A DNA stretch of 64,000 nucleotides from Cellulomonas sp. NTE-D12 (GCF_027923705.1 NZ_AP026442.1:132853-196852); one strand, 5' to 3'; shown: positions 41,475 to 51,797, counted from the stretch's first letter. Notes: generated by a model from the sequence alone, not told the origin. A program made the numbers and translations.

Positions 41475-43541
41475 ATGACCCAGCGCCAGATCATGCTGGT
41501 GATCTACGCGCTCATGGCGGGCATGTTCCTGTCGTCGCTCGACCAGACGGTGGTCGGCACGGCGATCCGCACCATCGGCGACGACCTGCACGGCCTGAAC
41601 CAGCAGGCGTGGGTGACGACGGCGTACCTGATCACGTCGACGATCGCGACGCCGATCTACGGCAAGCTCTCCGACATCTTCGGCCGGCGGCCGCTGTACA
41701 TCTTCGGCCTGACCGTCTTCATCCTCGGGTCGTTCCTGTCGTCGTTCTCGACCTCGATGATCATGCTGGCCGCGTTCCGCGCCTTCCAGGGCATCGGCGC
41801 GGGCGCGCTGATGTCCGTGCCGCTGGCGATCATGGGCGACATGCTGGCGCCGCGGGAGCGCGCCAAGTACCAGGGCTTCTTCCTCGCCGTGTTCGGCGTC
41901 TCCGCCGTCGTCGGCCCGCTGATCGGCGGCGTGTTCGCGGACGCGTCGCAGATCCTGTGGATCGCCGGCTGGCGCTGGGTGTTCCTGATCAACGTCCCGG
42001 TCGGCGTCGGCGCGATGTTCATGGTGCTCGCGTTCCTGCACCTGCCGAAGTTCCACAAGACCACCGCGCCGCGCATCGACTGGTGGGGCGCGTCCGCCGT
42101 CGTCGTCACCCTGGTCCCGCTGCTGCTGGTGGCCGAGCAGGGCCGTGAGTGGGGCTGGACCTCGGCCTCCGCGATCACCTGCTACGTGATCGGCGTGGTG
42201 GGGCTCATCGCCTTCTTCGTCGCCGAGACGATCATGAAGGCAGACGCGATCATCCCGCTGCGCCTGTTCCGGTCGTCGACGTTCTCCATGTCGACGGTCC
42301 TCGGCTTCCTGGTCGGCTTCGGCATGTTCGGCGCGATGCTCACCCTGCCGCTGTACCTGCAGCTGGTCACCGGCCTGACGCCCACCGAGTCGGGCTTCGC
42401 GACGCTGCCGATGGTCGGCGGCCTGATGATCGCCTCGGTCGGCTCCGGCCAGGCGATCGCGCGCACCGGCAAGTACCGGATCTTCCCGATCACCGGGACG
42501 CTCGTGACCGCCGGCGGCTACCTGGTGCTGACGTTCATGACCGTCGACCGGCCGCTGTGGTTCCTGATGATGGCGATGTTCTTCATCGGCCTCGGCTTCG
42601 GCCAGCTGATGCAGTCCCTCACGCTGGCGACCCAGAACGCGGTAGAGGTGACGGACATGGGCGTCGCCACGAGCTCGGCGACGTTCTTCCGCCAGATCGG
42701 CGGCACGCTCGGCACCGCCGTGCTGCTGTCGGTGCTGTTCGCGCTGATGCCCACCAAGGTCAGCGGTGCGATGCAGAACAAGGCCGACCTGACCAGCGCG
42801 CTGGACGCCGCACTGACCCCGTCGGTCGCCTCCGCACCGGCCAACCAGGGCGTGATGAACCAGATCTGGAACCCGATCGTCACCCCGGTGAAGGCGCAGG
42901 TGCAGACGGGGCTCGACCAGGGCACCGCCGCCGCGACGCAGGCCGCGGACGCGGCCGTGACGCAGCAGGTGACCGCCGCCGTCCAGGCCCAGGTCGCCGC
43001 CGGTGCTCTGCCGGCCGCGCGGGCGCAGGCCGTGATCGACAGCCAGGTCGCAGCGGCCAAGCCGGCGGCCGAGCAGAAGGCGCTCGCGGCGGCGGCCCAG
43101 CAGGCCGGCGTCACGGTGGCCGACGGCAAGCTCGCCGTCGACTACACCGACGCGACGCAGCGGGGTGCGGTGGTGGACAAGGTGGTGCCGACGATGATCG
43201 ACCAGCTGAAGAGCGCGTCCGCCCCGTCGACCTCGTCGTCGAGCACCGCGGACACGTCCTTCCTCAAGGGTGCCGACAAGCGGCTGACCAGGCCGTTCCT
43301 CGCCGGGTTCAACGACTCGGCGGTGGCCGTCTACTGGGTGGGCCTGAGCGTGATGCTGCTGGCCTTCGTCCTCACCTGGTTCTTCAAGACGCCGCCGCTG
43401 CGTCAGCGCTCCGCACTGCAGGAGCGAGCCGACGCCCTGCACACCGCCGACGACCTCGAGGTCGACGCGATCGACGCCGCGGTCGGTGCCGGGGCCCCGA
43501 CGGGACCCGGTGGCGGAACCGTGCACACGCACGGGGCATGA
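41475..43541 (+). CDS. MFS DHA2-family transporter with about 200-aa Ala/Gln-rich loop inserted before the last TM
   Basis: ATG at 41475 (MTQRQIMLVIYALMAGMFLSSLDQTVVGTAIRTIGDDLHG...). It has 13 TM, then a low-complexity segment (about aa 450-650), then a final TM (AVYWVGLSVMLLAFVLTWFF). Confidence 0.75.
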   Translation: MTQRQIMLVIYALMAGMFLSSLDQTVVGTAIRTIGDDLHGLNQQAWVTTAYLITSTIATPIYGKLSDIFGRRPLYIFGLTVFILGSFLSSFSTSMIMLAAFRAFQGIGAGALMSVPLAIMGDMLAPRERAKYQGFFLAVFGVSAVVGPLIGGVFADASQILWIAGWRWVFLINVPVGVGAMFMVLAFLHLPKFHKTTAPRIDWWGASAVVVTLVPLLLVAEQGREWGWTSASAITCYVIGVVGLIAFFVAETIMKADAIIPLRLFRSSTFSMSTVLGFLVGFGMFGAMLTLPLYLQLVTGLTPTESGFATLPMVGGLMIASVGSGQAIARTGKYRIFPITGTLVTAGGYLVLTFMTVDRPLWFLMMAMFFIGLGFGQLMQSLTLATQNAVEVTDMGVATSSATFFRQIGGTLGTAVLLSVLFALMPTKVSGAMQNKADLTSALDAALTPSVASAPANQGVMNQIWNPIVTPVKAQVQTGLDQGTAAATQAADAAVTQQVTAAVQAQVAAGALPAARAQAVIDSQVAAAKPAAEQKALAAAAQQAGVTVADGKLAVDYTDATQRGAVVDKVVPTMIDQLKSASAPSTSSSSTADTSFLKGADKRLTRPFLAGFNDSAVAVYWVGLSVMLLAFVLTWFFKTPPLRQRSALQERADALHTADDLEVDAIDAAVGAGAPTGPGGGTVHTHGA

Positions 43542-43606
43542 TCAGCGTGACGGGGACCCCGGCAGCCGGGGTCCCCGCCGGCTCGGCCCGACGAGGAGGA
43601 GGCGCC

Positions 43607-44266
43607 GTGAACCATCCAGCAACGGTCGTCCCGGCCGCACCGGGACTGGACCGGCCCTGCTCGCTGCGGGAGCAGAAGAAGCAGCAGACGCGCCATGCGA
43701 TCCACGACGCGGCCTGCCGGCTGGTGATGGAGCGCGGCCTGCCGCACGTCACCGTGGCGGACATCTGCGCCGAGGCGACCGTGTCCGAGCGGACCTTCTT
43801 CAACTACTACCCGTCGAAGGCGGCCGCCGCGCTGGGCCTGCCGGACACCGCCCTCGCGGCGCACGACGAGGAGCGCTTCCTCGCGGCGCACGGGCCCCTG
43901 GTGGACGACGTGTGCCTGCTGGTCGCCGACACCGCCGAGCTGCACGACCACGACCTGCCGCGGCTGCGCGAGCTGATCCGCCTCGAGCCGGACCTGCTGA
44001 CCGCGGTGAAGCAGTGGACCGTCAGCCTCCGCAAGCGGATCGTCGAGCTCGCCGAGCAGCGCACGTCACCGGAACGCGCCCGGCTCGCCGTCGCGCTGGT
44101 GTTCGCGGCGCTGCTGCTGCACGCCGACGGCGGGTACACGTCGCACCCGCCGACCGCGCGGGAGCTGCGGGAGACCGTGGCGCGCCTGGTCGCGGTCGGG
44201 GCGGAGTCGGAGGACTCCTTCGCCGCCGACCTGGCGCCGGTGCTGGTGCCGGGCGTCGCTCGCTGA
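43607..44266 (+). CDS. TetR family transcriptional regulator
   Basis: A GAGGAGGAGG RBS precedes the GTG at 43607. The HTH reads LREQKKQQTRHAIHDAACRLVMERGLPHVTVADICAEATVSERTFFNYYPSK. Confidence 0.75.
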   Translation: MNHPATVVPAAPGLDRPCSLREQKKQQTRHAIHDAACRLVMERGLPHVTVADICAEATVSERTFFNYYPSKAAAALGLPDTALAAHDEERFLAAHGPLVDDVCLLVADTAELHDHDLPRLRELIRLEPDLLTAVKQWTVSLRKRIVELAEQRTSPERARLAVALVFAALLLHADGGYTSHPPTARELRETVARLVAVGAESEDSFAADLAPVLVPGVAR

Positions 44267-44295
44267 GCACCGGCGCGGTGGCAGCGGAGGGTCGA

Positions 44296-44475
44296 TGTTC
44301 TGGGTGGTGATGACGGTGGTCGCCTCGACCGTCACGGTGACCTACGCGGTCATCGGCCGGTACGGGCAGCGTTGGGGCATCTCGGTGGAGCGCACGCGGC
44401 GCTTCCGCACCTCGAGCTGGCTCGCCGCCGGGTGGACCGCCGTCTGCGTCGGTCACTTCCTCGTCGGCCGCTGAG
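44296..44475 (+). CDS. small hydrophobic protein (59 aa)
   Basis: The ATG at 44296 is followed by MFWVVMTVVASTVTVTYAVIG.... It has GC3 bias and ends 4 nt before the convergent MFS stop. Confidence 0.3.
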
Positions 44476-44478
44476 CGG

Positions 44479-45747
44479 CTACCGGCCGCCGCCGGGGGTG
44501 GTCGGCACGGCGGCCTTGCGCGGCCACAGCGCGGTGGCGGCTCCCGTCGCGGCGGCGGCGACCACCGCGAGCACCAGTGCCGCACCGCGTAGTCCCGCGG
44601 CGCCGAGCCAGCCGGCCAGCGGGTAGGTGACCAGCCAGCAGGCGTGCGACAGGGAGAACTGCGCGGCGAACACCGAGTGCCGTTCGCCGGCGGGCACGTG
44701 CCGCACGATCAGCCGGGCGATGGGCACCTCCGCGGCCGCCCAGCCGGCGCCGACGGCGAGCCACACCAGGCCGACGGTCACCAGCCCCGCCGTCGGCGCC
44801 TGGATGCCGAGCGCGAGCGGCACCGCGAACGTCGCCACCGTGAGCAGCACGGCTCCGCCGAGCATCACGCCGCGCTCCGACCGTCGGCGCAGCACGGCCG
44901 GTAGCGCCAGCGCCGTCGTCATCGACCCCAGGCCGTTGACCGCCAGGAGCAGGGCGACCACGTCGTTGCTCTGCCCGAAGGTGTCGCGCGCGATCACCAC
45001 CGTCTGCACCAGCACGAACGCGCCCGCCGCCGCCACGGCCAGGTTCAGCGCGAGCGCCGGACGCAGGCCGGGGGTGCGGGCCATCAGCAGGGCGCCGTGG
45101 CGGACGCGGGCGCCGAGCGGCAGCTCCTCGAACGGCGTGCCCTCGTCCGCAGCGGCCGGGGTGGCCGCACGCGGGACGACGACGGACATGATCAGCACCG
45201 CCGAGGCCGCGAACCCGAGCCCGGTCCCGACGAACAGCGCGTGCGTCGACACCACCAGCAGCAGGGCCGCGGCCAGCATCGGGGACAGCACCATCTCCAG
45301 GTCGTCGGCCAGCCGGGAGAACGACAGCGCCTGGGTGTACTCGTGCTCGTCGGTCACCACGTCGGGCAGCGCGGACTGGAAGGTCGGGGTGTGCACGGCG
45401 GACGCCGCCTGCAGCACGAACACCAGCACGTAGATCTGCCACACCTGCCCGGCGAACGGCAACGCCAGGGCGACGACGGCCCGCAGCACGTCCGCGGTGA
45501 CCATCACCGACCGCCGGGGCAGCCGGGCCACCAGGGCGGTCGCCACCGGTGCGAGCACCACGTAGGCGACCATCTTGATGCCGAACACGGTGCCGAGCAC
45601 CGCACCGGCCCGGCGGCCCGCGAGGTCGTGCGCCAGGAGCCCGAGCGCGACGGTGGCCAGGCCGGTGCCGAGCAGGGACACCACCTGCGCCGTCAGCAGC
45701 CGTCGGTAGGCGGCGTTGCGGAGCACGGGTCCGATCGGCGAGGGCAC
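44479..45747 (-). CDS. MFS transporter (12 TM)
   Basis: The 422 aa protein is hydrophobic throughout (...VSLLGTGLATVALGLLAHDLAG...). The start is a GTG. Confidence 0.7.
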   Translation of the reverse strand: MPSPIGPVLRNAAYRRLLTAQVVSLLGTGLATVALGLLAHDLAGRRAGAVLGTVFGIKMVAYVVLAPVATALVARLPRRSVMVTADVLRAVVALALPFAGQVWQIYVLVFVLQAASAVHTPTFQSALPDVVTDEHEYTQALSFSRLADDLEMVLSPMLAAALLLVVSTHALFVGTGLGFAASAVLIMSVVVPRAATPAAADEGTPFEELPLGARVRHGALLMARTPGLRPALALNLAVAAAGAFVLVQTVVIARDTFGQSNDVVALLLAVNGLGSMTTALALPAVLRRRSERGVMLGGAVLLTVATFAVPLALGIQAPTAGLVTVGLVWLAVGAGWAAAEVPIARLIVRHVPAGERHSVFAAQFSLSHACWLVTYPLAGWLGAAGLRGAALVLAVVAAAATGAATALWPRKAAVPTTPGGGR

Positions 45748-45832
45748 CGGGCGATGCTACGGACCGCGGCCGCCCGCACCGCGCCGGTCGGGCTCACCGG
45801 GCGGGACCGTGGGCCGCCCTAGCATCGGCGCC

Positions 45833-46507
45833 GTGAAGGTGCTGCTGCTCGAGGACGACCCCGAGCTGGCCCCGGAGCTGGCCGCGGGCCTGCGCCGGCA
45901 CGGCTTCGTCGTCGACCGGGTGGGCACGTGCGCGGACGCGGACCTGCAGGTCGCCGTCAGCCCGTACGACTGCCTGGTGCTGGACCGCCGGGTGCCGGAC
46001 GGCGACGGCCTGGCGCTGATCGAGCAGTGGCGCGCCCGCGGCATCTTCACCCCGGCGCTGGTGCTGACCGCACGCGCGGAGGTGGCGGACCGCGTCGACG
46101 GCTTCGAGCGTGGGGCCGACGACTACCTGGTCAAGCCCTTCGCGCTCGCCGAGCTCGTCGTCCGGGTACGCACCCTGGGTCTGCGCGTCCGGGAGTCGAG
46201 GCCGCGCGTGCTGCGCGCAGCGGGGCTCGAGCTGGACGTCGCCCGGCACCGGGTCACGCTCGACGGGGTGCTGCTGACGCTGAGCGCCAAGGAGTTCGCG
46301 GTGCTGGAGGTGCTGCTCGAGCACGCGGGAGATGTGGTGCGCCGCGGGGAGCTGGTCGCACGGTGCTGGGACGAGCTGAGCGAGCCGGGGTCCAACGTGG
46401 TGGACGTGCTGGTCGGCCAGCTGCGGCGCAAGCTCGGCTCGGCGGAGCTGGTGGAGACGGTACGGGGCGTCGGCTACCGGCTGGCCGCCGAGCCGCCCGT
46501 CGGGTGA
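45833..46507 (+). CDS. OmpR-family response regulator
   Basis: VKVLLLEDDPELAPELAAGLRRHGFVVD...LVLDRRVPDGDG... is the receiver domain. ...VRGVGYRLA is the winged-helix end. Confidence 0.8.
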   Translation: MKVLLLEDDPELAPELAAGLRRHGFVVDRVGTCADADLQVAVSPYDCLVLDRRVPDGDGLALIEQWRARGIFTPALVLTARAEVADRVDGFERGADDYLVKPFALAELVVRVRTLGLRVRESRPRVLRAAGLELDVARHRVTLDGVLLTLSAKEFAVLEVLLEHAGDVVRRGELVARCWDELSEPGSNVVDVLVGQLRRKLGSAELVETVRGVGYRLAAEPPVG

Positions 46508-47760
46508 GGACCGTCAGCCCGGCCGTGCGCCGGATCCGCACGATCCGCTGGACCACCACGGCGGTGTTCGCGGCGACGACGGCCCTGTGCCTGGCGGTGC
46601 TGGTGGTCATCGCCCTCCGGATCGACACCACGTCGCGTGTGCGTGCGCTCGACGCGGGGCTGCGCTCGCAGGCGAGCAGCCTCGCCGAGGTGATCGGCTA
46701 CGCGGACGGCGCCTTCGACCTGTCGTGGCTCGACACCACCCGGGACGTGCGGACCGCACCGGTGGTCGGCGTGGTCACCCCCGAGGAGATCGCCTACGCC
46801 GCACCCGACCAGGCGGCGCTGCCGGCCGATGCCGAGCTGCGGCGGGTGCTCGCGGACCTGGGCTCGCACCCCGGGGTGACGGTCTTCGAGGCCCCCGGCG
46901 TGAACGGCACGGAGGTGCACTGGGCGGCGGCCTCCCTGCTCGCGGCGTCGGCGCACGGCGTCACCACCGGCGCGATCGTCGTGGTGGGCGGACCGCTGGA
47001 CGGCGGCGCCGAGCACAGCCGGCTGGCGCTGGGGCTGGTGGTCACGGCCGCCGCGCTGGTGGTGGCGGCGGCGCTGCTGGGGCACCTGGTGTCGGGCTTC
47101 GCGATGCGGCCGGCGGTGCGGGGGCTGGCCGAGCAGGAACGGTTCCTGCTCGAGGCGTCCCACGAGCTGCGCACGCCGCTGACCGTCCTCGGGGTGATCC
47201 TGGACGACGCGGCGCACCCGGGTGGAGCCCCGGACGCGCTGGTGCGCGCCCGACGGCAGGTCGACCGGCTGGCCACCGTCACCTCCGCGCTGCTGCTGCG
47301 TGCGCGGGCGAGCAGCGGCGCGGCGCCGGTGACCCTCGAGCCGCTGCACCTCGACCAGCTCGTCGAGGTGGCCGTCGCGGAGACCGGCGCGGACGTCCGG
47401 CTGCACACCGAACCGACGGTGGTCAGCGGCAACCCCGAGCTGATCGCGCAGGCCGTCCGCAACCTGGTGGACAACGCCGTGCGGCACGCGGCGCCGCCGA
47501 TCGCGGTCACGGTCCGGGACGGGGCGGTCGAGGTGACGGACGGCGGTCCCGGCATCCCGCCGCGGCTGCGTCGGCGGATCCGTCGACCGGGCGTGAGCCG
47601 CGGGGACGGCACGGGGACGGGGCTGGCGATCGTCGAGTGGGTGGCGCACACCCACGGCGGAACGCTGACGCTGGACGACGCACCCGCCGGAGGGCTGCGT
47701 GCCCGGCTGACGTTCGACGACGGCCCTCATCGTCCGCTCATGGGACGCCGCCCACACTGA
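46504..47760 (+). CDS. sensor histidine kinase
   Basis: The GTG at 46504 overlaps the RR stop. It has 2 TM. The H-box is SHELRTPLTVL and the C-terminus is a HATPase (NLVDNAVRHA...GGPGIP...GTGLGLAIV). Confidence 0.8.
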   Translation: MRTVSPAVRRIRTIRWTTTAVFAATTALCLAVLVVIALRIDTTSRVRALDAGLRSQASSLAEVIGYADGAFDLSWLDTTRDVRTAPVVGVVTPEEIAYAAPDQAALPADAELRRVLADLGSHPGVTVFEAPGVNGTEVHWAAASLLAASAHGVTTGAIVVVGGPLDGGAEHSRLALGLVVTAAALVVAAALLGHLVSGFAMRPAVRGLAEQERFLLEASHELRTPLTVLGVILDDAAHPGGAPDALVRARRQVDRLATVTSALLLRARASSGAAPVTLEPLHLDQLVEVAVAETGADVRLHTEPTVVSGNPELIAQAVRNLVDNAVRHAAPPIAVTVRDGAVEVTDGGPGIPPRLRRRIRRPGVSRGDGTGTGLAIVEWVAHTHGGTLTLDDAPAGGLRARLTFDDGPHRPLMGRRPH

Positions 47761-47764
47761 GTCC

Positions 47765-48418
47765 ATGACCTCGGTACGCGTTCTGGCGGCGGCGATGATC
47801 GTCGCCGCTGCTGCGGCTCTCACCGGGTGCAGCGCCGGCACCGGCGGCTCCTCCGCCGGCCCGTCGGCCGTACCCACCACCCCGGTGGCGACCGCTGCGT
47901 CGGCATCGCCCTCCGCGAGCCCGACCGCGCCCACGGGCTCCGCCTCGTCGGCCGCACCGACGCCGTCCGGCTCGTCGGACGCCCTCCGCTCGGACCGCTG
48001 CACCGCCTCGGCGCTCACCGCCTCGTTGGCGCAGGGTGGCGCCGCCGCGGGCAGCATCATGCCGTCGCTGGTGCTGACCAACACCGGTCCGCAGCGCTGC
48101 ACGCTGCAGGGCTTCCCGGGCGTCTCGTTCGTCGGCGACGGCAACGGCACCCAGATCGGCGCCGCCGGCACCTTCGAGACGTCGAGCCCGCACGGCACCG
48201 TGACCCTGGACCCCGGCAGGACGGCCCACGCGCCGCTGCGGATCGCCCGGGCCGAGAACTACCCCGCGGAGACGTGTCAGCCGGTCCCCGCCGACGGGCT
48301 GCGCGTGTACCCGCCGGGGTCCACCCAGGCGCTGTTCGTGGCGACGTCGGGGCTGACGGCGTGCCGCAACACCCAGGTGCAGCTGATCTTCGTCCAGGCG
48401 CTGCTGCCGGGCAGCTGA
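47765..48418 (+). CDS. DUF4232 lipoprotein
   Basis: The signal peptide carries the lipobox LTGCSAG. The body reads ...LTNTGPQRCTLQGFPGVSFVGDGNGTQIG...DPGRTAHAPLRIA....... Confidence 0.6.
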   Translation: MTSVRVLAAAMIVAAAAALTGCSAGTGGSSAGPSAVPTTPVATAASASPSASPTAPTGSASSAAPTPSGSSDALRSDRCTASALTASLAQGGAAAGSIMPSLVLTNTGPQRCTLQGFPGVSFVGDGNGTQIGAAGTFETSSPHGTVTLDPGRTAHAPLRIARAENYPAETCQPVPADGLRVYPPGSTQALFVATSGLTACRNTQVQLIFVQALLPGS

Positions 48419-48434
48419 GGCGTCACCCGTCGGT

Positions 48435-49268
48435 GTGAGCCACCGGCGTGAGCCGGTCGGCGCGAGCACTGCGGCGCGGGGTGCCCGACGGCCGGCCACT
48501 AGGCTGGCCGCCGTGGTCGACGCGTCAGGCACGGTGGCGTCGTCCCGAGCCGCACGTCGTGGAACTGGCGCTCGCGGACGAGGCCGTCCGCGCGACCCGG
48601 GCCTCGAGGAGCGGACCCGCCTCGTCGCGCTGGAGCTGTTCGGCAAGCGGGGCTTCTCCGGCCTGACGATCGACGAGGTGGCGGCGACCGCCAAGATCGG
48701 CAAGTCGTCCATCTACCTGCGCTGGCCCGACAAGCAGACGCTGCTGGCCGACGCGCTCCGCGGCATCCAGGGCGCCGACCCCGCGCAGGCGGCCACGGGC
48801 ACGGACGACGACGCCGACGAGGGACCCGAGGGCCGCAGCACCCCCGAGCCGCAGACGCTGCGCGACTACCTGCTGGCGCACGTGCACCGCCGGGCGGACC
48901 TCTACCTCGGCCCCTACGGCCTGGCGATGCTGCGCCTCTACGTGGAGGCCCGCGCCTACCCGGACCTGTTCGGCGCGATCCGCGAGCAGGCGATCTCCCG
49001 GCTGGTGCTCGACGAGCGCGAGCGGGTGGCCCAGGCCGTGCGCGCCGGCGTGCTGCCGCCGGACGCGGCCCCGGTGCGCATCCTGGACGCCGTGGAGGGC
49101 GCCATCTTCATGCACCTCCTGGTCACGCCGCCGGAGCTGCTGGACCGCGTCCGCGCCGGTCTGGACGACTACGTGGAGCGGATGGTCGACGACCAGCTGC
49201 GCGCGGCGGGGTACGACGCGCAGGCGGACGCCGAACGCGTCCGACGGCTCAGCCCTCCCGGAAGCTGA
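48435..49268 (+). CDS. TetR family transcriptional regulator (start uncertain; in-frame GTGs at 48513/48534)
   Basis: RTRLVALELFGKRGFSGLTIDEVAATAKIGKSSIYLRWPDKQTLL. Confidence 0.7.
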   Translation: MSHRREPVGASTAARGARRPATRLAAVVDASGTVASSRAARRGTGARGRGRPRDPGLEERTRLVALELFGKRGFSGLTIDEVAATAKIGKSSIYLRWPDKQTLLADALRGIQGADPAQAATGTDDDADEGPEGRSTPEPQTLRDYLLAHVHRRADLYLGPYGLAMLRLYVEARAYPDLFGAIREQAISRLVLDERERVAQAVRAGVLPPDAAPVRILDAVEGAIFMHLLVTPPELLDRVRAGLDDYVERMVDDQLRAAGYDAQADAERVRRLSPPGS

Positions 49269-49524
49269 CCCCGAACCCACCGCGCGGGTAGTGCCACCGC
49301 AGCGCTCCGGGGGCGGCGACGGCGAGGCACGTGCCGCACTCCAGGCAGGCGGCGTGGTCGGCCACGATGCGGCCGTCCTGCTCGCTGTACACGCCGGCCG
49401 GGCACACCGCGATGATCCGGGCGCCCGTGCCGGTGGTCCGGCACAGCTCCTGGTCGATCTCGATGTGCGACTCCTCCTCGTCGAGCACCACCCGGTTCTT
49501 CGCCAGGCGCTCGGGGACCGACAT
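49249..49524 (-). CDS. fixX: ferredoxin-like protein FixX/YdiT
   Basis: MSVPERLAKNRVVLDEEESHIEIDQELCRTTGTGARIIAVCPAGVYSEQDGRIVADHAACLECGTCLAVA; 91 aa. Confidence 0.8.
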   Translation of the reverse strand: MSVPERLAKNRVVLDEEESHIEIDQELCRTTGTGARIIAVCPAGVYSEQDGRIVADHAACLECGTCLAVAAPGALRWHYPRGGFGVSFREG

Positions 49525-49529
49525 CGCCC

Positions 49530-50846
49530 TCACAGTGCACGCACCCCCGCCCATCCGTCGCTGACCAGGTCGCGCACGGACACCGCGGACCTCCTGACGC
49601 TGTCCCGCGCCACCGCCGCCAGGTGCTTGCGCGGCGTGCCGTCGAGGCTGAACACGTCGCGGAACAGGCCGGCGGCGAGCTCGCCGTAGGCGCCGTACAT
49701 CCGCGGGCGCTCGAGGAACTTCGGCGCGCGCGCGTAGGTGCGCAGGTCCTTGACCACGAAGCTGTCGTCGAGGTGGCGGCGGTAGGCCGCCAGGCCGGTC
49801 GCGGTGACGTCCTGCGCCGCGATCGCCTCGCCGATCCCCTTGGCCGCAGCGACGGCGGAGCCGATCGCCAGGTCCATGCCGCGCACGGTCAACCCGGAGT
49901 TGATCGTCAGGCCCGCGGCCTCGCCGACCACCACCAGGCCGCCGGTGACGATCTGCCCGAGCATCTCCAGGCCGCCCTCGGCCACCAGGTGGGACCCGTA
50001 CTCGACGATCTCGCCGCCGCGCAGGTACGGCTCCAGGACGGGGTGGCTCAGGTAGTGCTCGAACACCTCGGGCGCCGTCCGCCCGTGCTTGACCAGGTCG
50101 TCGAGGCGCAGGACGACGCCGACGGACAGCGACTCCGTGTTGGTGTACAGGAAGCCGCCGCCACCGATGCCGAGCGTGCAGTCGCCGACGATCGCGTGCG
50201 CCGCACCCTGGTCGCCGCTGACCGCGAAGCGGTCCTCGATGACGGTGCGCGGCAGGGACACCACCGCCTTGACCCCCACCGCGAGGTGGTGGGTTGGTGG
50301 CTGGGGACGCAGCCCGATGCTGCGGGCCAGGAACGAGTTGACCCCGTCGGCCGCCACCACCACGCGCGCGCGCAGCTCGTCGTCGCCCGCGCGGACGCCG
50401 ACCACCTGCGGTCCGGCCGGCGTGTCCTCGCGTAGCAGGGAGTCCACGCGGACGCCCGGCATCAGGAAGACGCCGGCCTCCTCGGCGCGCTCCGCGAGCC
50501 ACGGGTCGAACCGGGCCCGGAGCACCGTGACGGCGTTCACCGGGTCGGCCAGCGGGCCGCCGGCGTAGTCCAGGGACACCGAGGAGTCGCCGGTGAGGAA
50601 CGTGGTCACGTGCCGCGTGATGCGGCGCTCCACCGGTGCGGAGTCGGCGAAGCCGGGGAACACCTCGTCGAGCACGCGTCCGTAGAGCACGCCGCCGGAC
50701 AGGTTCTTGGCGCCCGGCGCCTCGCCACGCTCGATCAGCACCACCGACAGGCCCTGCTGCGCGAGCAGGTAGGCGGTGACCGATCCGGCCGGCCCGGCGC
50801 CGACGACGATGACGTCGAAGTCCGGCTCCGCGGCGGCGCTGCTCAT
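49530..50846 (-). CDS. fixC: ETF-quinone oxidoreductase-like flavoprotein FixC/YdiS
   Basis: MSSAAAEPDFDVIVVGAGPAGSVTAYLLAQQGLSVVLIERGE... (FAD GxGxxG); 438 aa. Confidence 0.8.
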   Translation of the reverse strand: MSSAAAEPDFDVIVVGAGPAGSVTAYLLAQQGLSVVLIERGEAPGAKNLSGGVLYGRVLDEVFPGFADSAPVERRITRHVTTFLTGDSSVSLDYAGGPLADPVNAVTVLRARFDPWLAERAEEAGVFLMPGVRVDSLLREDTPAGPQVVGVRAGDDELRARVVVAADGVNSFLARSIGLRPQPPTHHLAVGVKAVVSLPRTVIEDRFAVSGDQGAAHAIVGDCTLGIGGGGFLYTNTESLSVGVVLRLDDLVKHGRTAPEVFEHYLSHPVLEPYLRGGEIVEYGSHLVAEGGLEMLGQIVTGGLVVVGEAAGLTINSGLTVRGMDLAIGSAVAAAKGIGEAIAAQDVTATGLAAYRRHLDDSFVVKDLRTYARAPKFLERPRMYGAYGELAAGLFRDVFSLDGTPRKHLAAVARDSVRRSAVSVRDLVSDGWAGVRAL

Positions 50847-51778
50847 GCCGTCCCGCCCAGGGCGGCCGTCAGCGCCGGTACCACCTGGTACAGGTCGCCC
50901 ACGATCCCGTAGTCGCACTGGGCGAACACCGGCGCGGCCTTGTCGCTGTTCACCGCGACGATCACCTTCGCCTCGCGGACGCCCACCATGTGCTGCAGCT
51001 GCCCGGAGATGCCCACGGCGACGTACAGCTCGGGGGAGACCCGCTGGCCGGAGATGCCGATGTAGCGGTCCTTCGGCAGCCAGTCGACACCCTCCGCGAG
51101 CGGCCGCGAGCAGGCCACCTCACCGCCGAGCGCGCCGGCCAGTCCGCTGATCAGGGCCACGTCCTCACGGGCCTTCAGCCCACGACCGACCCCGACCACC
51201 ACGCGCGCGGCGCCCAGGTCGACACCGGCGACCGTGGTGGGCCGCACCTCGACCACCTGTGCGGGCAGCGGGGTCGCGGCGACCTCCTCGACCGGGGCCG
51301 GCGCGGAGTCGGAGGGGGTGACGACGGCACCGGCGTCGACCGCCAGGACGGCCGGTCCGCCGGCCACCGCGGTGCGGTGCTGGCTGATCCCGCCGAGCAC
51401 CGACCGGGTCACCACGACGTCGTCGCCGGACAGCTCGACGCCGTCGATCCCGGCGAGCACCGGGCTGCGCAGGGCCGCGCCGACCGCGCCGAGCAGCGCC
51501 CGGCCGCCGGGCGTCGTCGCTCCGACCACCGCGCGCGGTGCAGCCTCGGCGACCAGCCGGGCGACGTCCGGCGCGAAGGCCTCGACAGGTGCGGTGCCGG
51601 GCTCACCGAGCCAGAGCACGCGGTCGACGACGCCGGCCACGGCCTCGGCCACCGCCCGGCGGCCCGCCACCACGGCGACCACCTCGGTGCCCAGGGTCCG
51701 GGCCACCTCGACCAGACCCGTGGCTGCGGCGTCGTCGGCGACGACGATCCACGACTGTGCTGTCCGTGCTGCGTTCAC
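50843..51778 (-). CDS. etfA: electron-transfer flavoprotein alpha subunit (FixB/YdiR)
   Basis: A GAGGAGG RBS precedes the GTG at 51778. The translation is ...VACSRPLAEGVDWLPKDRYIGISGQRVSPELYVAVGISGQLQHMVGV.... Its stop overlaps the fixC start (ATGA). Confidence 0.8.
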   Translation of the reverse strand: MNAARTAQSWIVVADDAAATGLVEVARTLGTEVVAVVAGRRAVAEAVAGVVDRVLWLGEPGTAPVEAFAPDVARLVAEAAPRAVVGATTPGGRALLGAVGAALRSPVLAGIDGVELSGDDVVVTRSVLGGISQHRTAVAGGPAVLAVDAGAVVTPSDSAPAPVEEVAATPLPAQVVEVRPTTVAGVDLGAARVVVGVGRGLKAREDVALISGLAGALGGEVACSRPLAEGVDWLPKDRYIGISGQRVSPELYVAVGISGQLQHMVGVREAKVIVAVNSDKAAPVFAQCDYGIVGDLYQVVPALTAALGGTA

Positions 51779-51797
51779 GTTCGTCCTCCTCAGGGCT

